NCBI GenBank assembly: GCA_965235115.1
Contig: OZ249448.1
Span: forward strand, 7,316,001-7,380,000
Direction of reading: 5' to 3'
DNA length: 64,000 nt
From: Laetmonice hystrix
Lineage: Eukaryota
The first letter of the stretch is position 1; each line of letters begins with the position of its first letter. A program made the translations under genes and the position numbers. Positions 52,630 through 64,000 of this stretch are shown one piece after another. The notes beneath the pieces are model-generated. The model worked only from the letters and a program-made list of their open reading frames with translations. It did no database searches and had not been told where the DNA came from.

Positions 52630-53594
52630 GTACGAACACAGACACATACCATGTAGTGGTGACCCAATGTACGAACACAGACACATACCATGTAGTGGTG
52701 ACCCAATGTACGAACACAGACACATACCATGTGGTGGTGAACCAATGTACGAACACAGACACATACCATGTGGTGGTGACCCAATGTACGAACACAGACA
52801 CATACCATGTAGTGGTTACCCAATGTACGAACACAGACACATACCATGTAGTGGTTACCCAATGTACGAACACAGACACATACCATGTGGTGGTGACCCA
52901 ATGTACGAACACAGACACATACCATGTAGTGGTTACCCAATGTACGAACACAGACACATACCATGTAGTGGTTACCCAATGTACGAACACAGACACATAC
53001 CGTGTAGTGGTGACCCAATGTACGAACACAGAGACATACCATGTGGTGGTGAACCAATGTACGAACACAGACACATACCATATGCATGTGGTGGTGACCC
53101 AATGTACGAACACAGACACATACCATGTAGTGGTGACCCAATGTACGAACACAGACACATACCATGTAGTGGTGACCCAATGTACGAACATAGACACATA
53201 CCATGTGGTGGTGACCCAATGTACGAACACAGACACAGACCATGTGGTACGAACATAGACACATACCATGTGGTGGTGACCCAATGTACGAACACAGACA
53301 CATACCATGTGGTGGTGACCCAATGTACGAACACAGACACATACCATGTAGTGGTGACCCAATGTACGAACACAGACACATACCATGTAGTGGTGACCTA
53401 ATGTACGAACATAGACACATACCATGTGGTGGTGACCCAATGTACGAACACAGACACAGACCATGTGGTACGAACATAGACACATACCATGTGGTGGTGA
53501 CCCAATGTACGAACACAGACACATACCATGTGGTGGTGACCCAATGTACGAACACAGACACATACCATGTAGTGGTGACCCAATGTACGAACAC
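52630..53594. repeat. 39-bp minisatellite, ~24 copies
   Basis: Unit GTACGAACACAGACACATACCATGTAGTGGTGACCCAAT. Long periodic ORFs appear on both strands. Confidence 0.97.
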
Positions 53595-54611
53595 CAGATC
53601 CAGGATTGAGGATATTATGTAGAATCTCTGTCATATCGAGTCCCGCTACACCTCGGCTCCAGTATACTTCACTCACTGCTCTCCTGGTGCGGGGGGTTTC
53701 TCTCCACATTATAGTATCATGTGCGGTATCTCTCAATATTACTTACAATCATGCATTTAAAAGGTTTTCAGGGATTTATATTAAAATCAGCGAATCCAAA
53801 CTGCAGCTTTTATCTAAATTTGAAGCTCAAGAATTCAACATTATAAGTAAGAATTTACAGGATACAAGAGTGGAATCAAATCTTGTGGTTTCAAAATCCT
53901 GCCGTGTTTTTGAGGCTGTGATTAATGACGAGTCCGGGTTGGGACCGAGGAGGCCTACTGGGGCGCCCTCTCCTGGACATGGCAGGCAAGCGATAACCCT
54001 GGGGTCAAACGATGACATCCCAACATTAGCCATGATTCCCAGGGTATCCGGAAACCTTCCCCATCATACTCGGCCAGTAATCACGACTTTCCACACAGAA
54101 CGCCATATGTAGGTACGTTCAAAGACCCTTCCGTCTCCAGTGAGGATCCCGGCAGGGGATCAGTAATGGCTTGGCCGATTATCCATAATTATTGTTTGAA
54201 ATGTTTGCTACCAATGCAATATGTAGGCCTTATGTAGACGCAATCCTACCGAAATAAAAATTTCTCCTTTTTTAATCCTATATAAATTTGTCTTAAAGAA
54301 ATGGGTCATCAATTCTTATGTTCAAATGTAAGCACACCTTCAAGGACTTTCAGAGAAACTGAAGTAATCATGAATAATAAACAGTCGTCCGACACAGCCG
54401 ATGAGTGGCGACAGCGTTTATCAAATCTGCCATCCTCTAGTGAAATACTGACTGGTCCCACTCCATACTTGTATTTCGTAAATACAGAGTAGATTCCATT
54501 GTCGACATAAAGTATAAAAAGGCAAGTGTATAAATTTACTATGTTTCCGGCACGATACGTCTCAATGAGCTGATAACTCATCCAGGTCGTTGTGAAACCA
54601 ACGACAGATTG

Positions 54612-55350
54612 CACTGCGCCTTGAGTGGTGATGTCATCACTAACAGTGTTAGTTGTTACCGGACTTTTTATCACTGTTCACTGCGCCTTGAGTGGTGATG
54701 TCATCACTAACAGTGTTCGTTGTTACCGGACTTTTTATCACTGTTCACTGCGCCTTGAGTGGTGATGTCAGCACTAACAGTGTTCGTTGTTACCGGACTT
54801 TTTATCACTGTTCACTGCGCCTTGAGTGGTGATGTCATCACTAGCAGTGTTCGTTGTTACCGGACTTTTTATCACTGTTCACTGCGCCATGAGTGGTGAT
54901 GTCATCACTAACAGTGTTCGTTGTTACCGGACTTTTTATCACTGTTCACTGCACCTTGAGTGGTGATGTCATCACTAGCAGTGTTCGTTGTTACCGGACT
55001 TTTTATCACTGTTCACTGCACCTTGAGTGGTGATGTCATCACTAACAGTGTTCGTTGTTACCGGACTTTTTATCACTGTTCACTGCGCCATGAGTGGTGA
55101 TGTCATCACTAACAGTGTTCGTTGTTACCGGACTTTTTATCACTGTTCACTGCGCCATGAGTGGTGATGTCATCACTAACAGTGTTCGTTGTTACCGGAC
55201 TTTTTATCACTGTTCACTGCGCCTTGAGTGGTGATGTCATCACTAACAGTGTTCGTTGTTACCGGACTTTTTATCACTGTTCACTGCGCCTTGAGTGGTG
55301 ATGTCAGCACTAACAGTGTTAGTTGTTACCGGACTTTTTATCACTGTTCA
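54612..55350. repeat. 67-bp minisatellite, 11 copies
   Basis: Units offset by 67 bp (54612, 54679 and onward). Contains the GTGAT-GTC-ATCAC inverted motif. Confidence 0.96.
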
Positions 55351-55976
55351 GCCTGATGCCCATTTGGATCATTCTTCCATTATCTGTTTTCGTTCCCATT
55401 TACTCGACCGGTAGCTACCACTTCTGATGAATACCCCTCTAAAACAGCCCAACCCGAGAACATCAAACCACAGAACTAATGAAGACAACCGTTTGTAAAT
55501 GTTGAAACTGAATAACTTGCTAATATCACATAATAACCTGGATTAGTGTGTTAACACGCATCCAGATTCCTTGGAAATAGCCTAAAGCGAATAATTTACA
55601 AGTGATTTAAACAATGTGTATCCAGCTGCAAATGTCAACAAACAAGACGGGTATTTACAACACGGAACTCAGTCTCATTTAGTTTCGCCTTTCATCATGT
55701 TGAAGGGACAGTGTTTTCATCTCCAGGACACCATGTCATTGTAAACATTCATAATGAGAAATTCTCGCCCAGGCAACTGTTAACACAACTCCCATGTGAA
55801 TTATTGCTCCACAAATAGAAAAGTTATCCCCCCCCTCCGACTCCCCTCCGCAGTAGAAATGGATGATTGTGACACAAAATTAAAGCCATTGGAGGCTCAC
55901 TCGGACATAAAGCCGTGGCATAAGGAGAACAGTGAGTGAATCAAGTTATATACAGGTGTGTATTATCAGAACGAAT

Positions 55977-58900
55977 GGTCCATCGGTCAAGTATCGTGTG
56001 TCTGGATACCAGCAACTGAAGCCAATCTATCTCAGCCTATCTCATACCGACACTGGCCCAAGTCAGGTATCGTGTGTCTGGATACCAGCAACTCAAGCCA
56101 ATCTATCTCAGCCTATCTCATACCGACACTGGTCCATCGGTCAGGTATCGTGTGTCTAGATACCAGCAACTCAAGCCAAGCTATCTCAGCCTATCTCATA
56201 CCGACACTGGTCCATCGGTCAGGTATCGTGTGTCTAGATACCAGCAACTCAAGCCAATCTATCTCAGCCTATCTCATACCGACACTGGTCCATCGGTCAG
56301 GTATCGTGTGTCTGGATACCAGCAACTCAAGCCAATCTATCTCAGCCTATCTCATACTGACACTGGTCCATCGGTCAGGTATCGTGTGTCTGGATACCAG
56401 CAACTGAAGCCAATCTATCTCAGCCTATCTCATACCGACACTGGTCCATCGGTCAGGTATCGTGTGTCTGCATACCAGCAACTGAAGCCAATCTATCTCA
56501 GCCTATCTCATACCGACACTGGTCCATCGGTCAGGTATCGTGTGTCTGCATACCAGCAACTGAAGCCAATCTATCTCAGCCTATCTCATACCGACACTGG
56601 TCCATCGGTCAGGTATCGTGTGTCTGGATACCAGCAACTCAAGCCAATCTATCTCAGCCTATCTCATACCGACACTGGTCCATCGGTCAGGTATCGTGTG
56701 TCTAGATACCAGCAACTCAAGCCAATCTATCTCAGCCTATCTCATACTGACACTGGTCCATCGGTCAGGTATCGTGTGTCTAGATACCAGCAACTGAAGC
56801 CAATCTATCTCAGCCTATCTCATACCGACACTGGTCCATCGGTCAGGTATCGTGTGTCTAGATACCAGCAACTGAAGCCAATCTAACTCAGCCTATCTCA
56901 TACCGACACTGGTCCATCGGTCAGGTATCGTGTGTCTAGATACCAGCAACTGAAGCCAATCTATCTCAGCCTATCTCATACCGACACTGGTCCATCGGTC
57001 AGGTATCGTGTGTCTAGATACCAGCAACTCAAGCCAATCTATCTCAGCCTATCTCATACCGACACTGGTCCATCGGTCAGGTATCGTGTGTCTGGATACC
57101 AGCAACTCAAGCCAATCTATCTCAGCCTATCTCATACCGACACTGGTCCATCGGTCAGGTATCGTGTGTCTGGATACCAGCAACTCAAGCCAATCTATCT
57201 CAGCCTATCTCATACCGACACTGGTCCATCGGTCAGGTATCGTGTGTCTGGATACCAGCAACTCAAGCCAATCTATCTCAGCCTATCTCATACTGACACT
57301 GGTCCATCGGTCAGGTATCGTGTGTCTAGATACCAGCAACTCAAGCCAATCTATCTCAGCCTATCTCATACCGACACTGGTCCATCGGTCAGGTATCGTG
57401 TGTCTAGATACCAGCAACTCAAGCCAATCTATCTCAGCCTATCTCATACCGACACTGGTCCATCGGTCAGGTATCGTGTGTCTGGATACCAGCAACTCAA
57501 GCCAATCTATCTCAGCCTATCTCATACCGACACTGGTCCATCGGTCAGGTATCGTGTGTCTAGATACCAGCAACTGAAGCCAATCTATCTCAGCCTATCT
57601 CATACCGACACTGGTCCATCGGTCAAGTATCGTGTGTCTGGATACCAGCAACTCAAGCCAATCTATCTCAGCCTATCTCATACCGACACTGGTCCATCGG
57701 TCAGGTATCGTGTGTCTAGATACCAGCAACTCAAGCCAATCTATCTCAGCCTATCTCATACCGACACTGGTCCATCGGTCAGGTATCGTGTGTCTGGATA
57801 CCAGCAACTCAAGCCAATCTATCTCAGCCTATCTCATACCGACACTGGTCCATCGGTCAGGTATCGTGTGTCTAGATACCAGCAACTGAAGCCAATCTAA
57901 CTCAGCCTATCTCATACCGACACTGGTCCATCGGTCAGGTATCGTGTGTCTAGATACCAGCAACTCAAGCCAATCTATCTCAGCCTATCTCATACCGACA
58001 CTGGTCCATCGGTCAAGTATCGTGTGTCTAGATACCAGCAACTCAAGCCAATCTATCTCAGCCTATCTCATACCGACACTGGTCCATCGGTCAGGTATCG
58101 TGTGTCTAGATACCAGCAACTCAAGCCAATCTATCTCAGCCTATCTCATACCGACACTGGTCCATCGGTCAGGTATCGTGTGTCTAGATACCAGCAACTG
58201 AAGCCAATCTATCTCAGCCTATCTCATACCGACACTGGCCCAGGTCAGGTATCGTGTGTCTAGATACCAGCAACTGAAGCCAATCTATCTCAGCCTATCT
58301 CATACCGACACTGGTCCATCGGTCAGGTATCGTGTGTCTGGATACCAGCAACTGAAGCCAATCTATCTCAGCCTATCTCATACCGACACTGGTCCATCGG
58401 TCAGGTATCGTGTGTCTAGATACCAGCAACTCAAGCCAATCTATCTCAGCCTATCTCATACCGACACTGGTCCATCGGTCAGGTATCGTGTGTCTGGATA
58501 CCAGCAACTCAAGCCAATCTATCTCAGCCTATCTCATACCGACACTGGTCCATCGGTCAGGTATCGTGTGTCTAGATACCAGCAACTGAAGCCAATCTAT
58601 CTCAGCCTATCTCATACCGACACTGGTCCATCGGTCAGGTATCGTGTGTCTAGATACCAGCAACTCAAGCCAATCTATCTCAGCCTATCTCATACCGACA
58701 CTGGTCCATCGGTCAGGTATCGTGTGTCTAGATACCAGCAACTCAAGCCAATCTATCTCAGCCTATCTCATACCGACACTGGTCCATCGGTCAGGTATCG
58801 TGTGTCTAGATACCAGCAACTGAAGCCAATCTATCTCAGCCTATCTCATACCGACACTGGTCCATCGGTCAGGTATCGTGTGTCTAGATACCAGCAACTG

Positions 58901-61900
58901 AAGCCAATCTATCTCAGCCTATCTCATACCGACACTGGCCCAGGTCAGGTATCGTGTGTCTAGATACCAGCAACTGAAGCCAATCTATCTCAGCCTATCT
59001 CATACCGACACTGGTCCATCGGTCAGGTATCGTGTGTCTAGATACCAGCAACTGAAGCCAATCTATCTCAGCCTATCTCATACCGACACTGGTCCATCGG
59101 TCAGGTATCGTGTGTCTAGATACCAGCAACTGAAGCCAATCTATCTCAGCCTATCTCATACCGACACTGGTCCATCGGTCAGGTATCGTGTGTCTAGATA
59201 CCAGCAACTGAAGCCAATCTATCTCAGCCTATCTCATACCGACACTGGCCCAGGTCAGGTATCGTGTGTCTAGATACCAGCAACTCAAGCCAATCTATCT
59301 CAGCCTATCTCATACTGACACTGGTCCATCGGTCAGGTATCGTGTGTCTAGATACCAGCAACTCAAGCCAATCTATCTCAGCCTATCTCATACCGACACT
59401 GGTCCATCGGTCAGGTATCGTGTGTCTAGATACCAGCAACTCAAGCCAATCTATCTCAGCCTATCTCATACCGACACTGGTCCATCGGTCAGGTATCGTG
59501 TGTCTGGATACCAGCAACTGAAGCCAATCTATCTCAGCCTATCTCATACCGACACTGGTCCATCGGTATCGTGTGTCTGGATACCAGCAACTCAAGCCAA
59601 TCTATCTCAGCCTATCTCATACCGACACTGGTCCATCGGTCAGGTATCGTGTGTCTAGATACCAGCAACTCAAGCCAATCTATCTCAGCCTATCTCATAC
59701 CGACACTGGTCCATCGGTCAGGTATCGTGTGTCTAGATACCAGCAACTCAAGCCAATCTATCTCAGCCTATCTCATACCGACACTGGTCCATCGGTCAGG
59801 TATCGTGTGTCTAGATACCAGCAACTCAAGCCAATCTATCTCAGCCTATCTCATACCGACACTGGTCCATCGGTCAGGTATCGTGTGTCTGGATACCAGC
59901 AACTCAAGCCAATCTATCTCAGCCTATCTCATACCGACACTGGTCCATCGGTCAGGTATCGTGTGTCTAGATACCAGCAACTCAAGCCAATCTATCTCAG
60001 CCTATCTCATACTGACACTGGTCCATCGGTCAGGTATCGTGTGTCTAGATACCAGCAACTGAAGCCAATCTATCTCAGCCTATCTCATACCGACACTGGT
60101 CCATCGGTCAGGTATCGTGTGTCTAGATACCAGCAACTGAAGCCAATCTAACTCAGCCTATCTCATACCGACACTGGTCCATCGGTCAGGTATCGTGTGT
60201 CTAGATACCAGCAACTGAAGCCAATCTAACTCAGCCTATCTCATACCGACACTGGTCCATCGGTCAGGTATCGTGTGTCTAGATACCAGCAACTGAAGCC
60301 AATCTATCTCAGCCTATCTCATACCGACACTGGTCCATCGGTCAGGTATCGTGTGTCTAGATACCAGCAACTCAAGCCAATCTATCTCAGCCTATCTCAT
60401 ACCGACACTGGTCCATCGGTCAGGTATCGTGTGTCTGGATACCAGCAACTCAAGCCAATCTATCTCAGCCTATCTCATACCGACACTGGTCCATCGGTCA
60501 GGTATCGTGTGTCTGGATACCAGCAACTCAAGCCAATCTATCTCAGCCTATCTCATACCGACACTGGTCCATCGGTCAGGTATCGTGTGTCTAGATACCA
60601 GCAACTCAAGCCAATCTATCTCAGCCTATCTCATACCGACACTGGTCCATCGGTCAGGTATCGTGTGTCTAGATACCAGCAACTGAAGCCAATCTATCTC
60701 AGCCTATCTCATACCGACACTGGTCCATCGGTCAGGTATCGTGTGTCTGGATACCAGCAACTGAAGCCAATCTATCTCAGCCTATCTCATACCGACACTG
60801 GTCCATCGGTCAGGTATCGTGTGTCTAGATACCAGCAACTCAAGCCAATCTATCTCAGCCTATCTCATACCGACACTGGTCCATCGGTCAGGTATCGTGT
60901 GTCTAGATACCAGCAACTGAAGCCAATCTATCTCAGCCTATCTCATACCGACACTGGTCCATCGGTCAAGTATCGTGTGTCTGGATACCAGCAACTCAAG
61001 CCAATCTATCTCAGCCTATCTCATACCGACACTGGTCCATCGGTCAGGTATCGTGTGTCTAGATACCAGCAACTCAAGCCAATCTATCTCAGCCTATCTC
61101 ATACCGACACTGGTCCATCGGTCAGGTATCGTGTGTCTGGATACCAGCAACTCAAGCCAATCTATCTCAGCCTATCTCATACCGACACTGGTCCATCGGT
61201 CAGGTATCGTGTGTCTAGATACCAGCAACTGAAGCCAATCTAACTCAGCCTATCTCATACCGACACTGGTCCATCGGTCAGGTATCGTGTGTCTAGATAC
61301 CAGCAACTCAAGCCAATCTATCTCAGCCTATCTCATACCGACACTGGCCCAGGTCAGGTATCGTGTGTCTAGATACCAGCAACTCAAGCCAATCTATCTC
61401 AGCCTATCTCATACTGACACTGGTCCATCGGTCAGGTATCGTGTGTCTAGATACCAGCAACTCAAGCCAATCTATCTCAGCCTATCTCATACCGACACTG
61501 GTCCATCGGTCAGGTATCGTGTGTCTAGATACCAGCAACTCAAGCCAATCTATCTCAGCCTATCTCATACCGACACTGGTCCATCGGTCAGGTATCGTGT
61601 GTCTGGATACCAGCAACTGAAGCCAATCTATCTCAGCCTATCTCATACCGACACTGGTCCATCGGTATCGTGTGTCTGGATACCAGCAACTCAAGCCAAT
61701 CTATCTCAGCCTATCTCATACCGACACTGGTCCATCGGTCAGGTATCGTGTGTCTAGATACCAGCAACTCAAGCCAATCTATCTCAGCCTATCTCATACC
61801 GACACTGGTCCATCGGTCAGGTATCGTGTGTCTAGATACCAGCAACTCAAGCCAATCTATCTCAGCCTATCTCATACCGACACTGGTCCATCGGTCAGGT

Positions 61901-64000
61901 ATCGTGTGTCTAGATACCAGCAACTCAAGCCAATCTATCTCAGCCTATCTCATACCGACACTGGTCCATCGGTCAGGTATCGTGTGTCTGGATACCAGCA
62001 ACTCAAGCCAATCTATCTCAGCCTATCTCATACCGACACTGGTCCATCGGTCAGGTATCGTGTGTCTAGATACCAGCAACTCAAGCCAATCTATCTCAGC
62101 CTATCTCATACCGACACTGGTCCATCGGTCAGGTATCGTGTGTCTAGATACCAGCAACTCAAGCCAATCTATCTCAGCCTATCTCATACCGACACTGGTC
62201 CATCGGTCAGGTATCGTGTGTCTGGATACCAGCAACTCAAGCCAATCTATCTCAGCCTATCTCATACCGACACTGGTCCATCGGTCAGGTATCGTGTGTC
62301 TAGATACCAGCAACTGAAGCCAATCTATCTCAGCCTATCTCATACCGACACTGGCCCAGGTCAGGTATCGTGTGTCTAGATACCAGCAACTCAAGCCAAT
62401 CTATCTCAGCCTATCTCATACTGACACTGGTCCATCGGTCAGGTATCGTGTGTCTAGATACCAGCAACTCAAGCCAATCTATCTCAGCCTATCTCATACC
62501 GACACTGGTCCATCGGTCAGGTATCGTGTGTCTAGATACCAGCAACTCAAGCCAATCTATCTCAGCCTATCTCATACCGACACTGGTCCATCGGTCAGGT
62601 ATCGTGTGTCTAGATACCAGCAACTCAAGCCAATCTATCTCAGCCTATCTCATACTGACACTGGTCCATCGGTCAGGTATCGTGTGTCTAGATACCAGCA
62701 ACTGAAGCCAATCTATCTCAGCCTATCTCATACCGACACTGGTCCATCGGTCAGGTATCGTGTGTCTAGATACCAGCAACTCAAGCCAATCTATCTCAGC
62801 CTATCTCATACCGACACTGGTCCATCGGTCAGGTATCGTGTGTCTGGATACCAGCAACTGAAGCCAATCTATCTCAGCCTATCTCATACTGACACTGGTC
62901 CATCGGTCAGGTATCGTGTGTCTAGATACCAGCAACTCAAGCCAATCTATCTCAGCCTATCTCATACCGACACTGGTCCATCGGTCAGGTATCGTGTGTC
63001 TAGATACCAGCAACTGAAGCCAATCTATCTCAGCCTATCTCATACCGACACTGGTCCATCGGTCAGGTATCGTGTGTCTGGATACCAGCAACTCAAGCCA
63101 ATCTATCTCAGCCTATCTCATACCGACACTGGTCCATCGGTCAGGTATCGTGTGTCTAGATACCAGCAACTGAAGCCAATCTATCTCAGCCTATCTCATA
63201 CCGACACTGGTCCATCGGTCAGGTATCGTGTGTCTAGATACCAGCAACTGAAGCCAATCTATCTCAGCCTATCTCATACCGACACTGGTCCATCGGTCAG
63301 GTATCGTGTGTCTAGATACCAGCAACTCAAGCCAATCTATCTCAGCCTATCTCATACCGACACTGGTCCATCGGTCAGGTATCGTGTGTCTAGATACCAG
63401 CAACTCAAGCCAATCTATCTCAGCCTATCTCATACCGACACTGGTCCATCGGTCAGGTATCGTGTGTCTAGATACCAGCAACTGAAGCCAATCTATCCCA
63501 GCCTATCTCATACCGACACTGGTCCATCGGTCAGGTATCGTGTGTCTAGATACCAGCAACTGAAGCCAATCTATCTCAGCCTATCTCATACCGACACTGG
63601 CCCAGGTCAGGTATCGTGTGTCTAGATACCAGCAACTGAAGCCAATCTATCTCAGCCTATCTCATACCGACACTGGTCCATCGGTCAGGTATCGTGTGTC
63701 TAGATACCAGCAACTGAAGCCAATCTATCTCAGCCTATCTCATACCGACACTGGTCCATCGGTCAGGTATCGTGTGTCTAGATACCAGCAACTGAAGCCA
63801 ATCTATCTCAGCCTATCTCATACCGACACTGGTCCATCGGTCAGGTATCGTGTGTCTAGATACCAGCAACTGAAGCCAATCTATCTCAGCCTATCTCATA
63901 CCGACACTGGCCCAGGTCAGGTATCGTGTGTCTAGATACCAGCAACTCAAGCCAATCTATCTCAGCCTATCTCATACTGACACTGGTCCATCGGTCAGGT
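55977..64000. repeat. 78-bp satellite/minisatellite array, >100 copies, continues beyond the window
   Basis: Unit GGTCCATCGGTCAGGTATCGTGTGTCTAGATACCAGCAACTCAAGCCAATCTATCTCAGCCTATCTCATACCGACACT, with 76- and 73-bp deletion variants. Confidence 0.99.

Noticed and set aside
52556-53401. 281-aa His/Cys-rich ORF (MYEHRHIPCSGDP)n as a metal-binding protein
   Set aside because: It is a translation of a 39-bp VNTR that is open in most frames on both strands, and it overlaps a probable opposite-strand exon.
53606-54112. 168-aa plus-strand ORF
   Set aside because: Starts at a non-ATG codon, the first half is AT-rich and intron-like, and no domain is recognisable.
55932-63935. Long ORFs of 100-417 aa with a 26-aa period
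   Set aside because: They arise from the 78-bp unit length. Stop-creating and frameshifting variants are freely amplified, so there is no sign of coding constraint.

Overview
Eukaryotic genomic DNA, most likely from an invertebrate animal (inferred from spliceosomal splice signals and a tRNA-derived SINE). It is mostly intronic or intergenic. About 40% of the window (roughly 26 kb, summed by hand) lies in 21 unrelated minisatellite arrays with units of 21-123 bp. The largest is an 8-kb, 78-bp array that runs off the right end and contains nested multi-unit duplications. Nearly all long ORFs in the supplied track are translations of these arrays, not genes. The best protein-coding evidence is two frame-preserving minus-strand exons (52499-52585 and 49388-49477, the latter coiled-coil-like) of a gene I cannot name, plus weaker isolated exon candidates on both strands. 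Mobile elements: one intact 672-bp MITE with 19-bp TIRs and a TTA target duplication (PIF/Harbinger-type), a small TIR element, a truncated SINE and a possible very decayed DIRS-type reverse transcriptase relic. A CpG-rich cluster of ETS, CRE and E-box motifs near 47.2-47.35 kb looks like a promoter. The most unusual signals are a near-textbook recursive-splice-site-like AG|GTAAGT junction at about 27.04 kb (minus strand), candidate 7- and 10-nt microexons, and the higher-order structure of the arrays. I found no CRISPR array, rRNA, functional tRNA or intact transposase/RT ORF, and no clear novel multi-gene system. All counts were made by eye.
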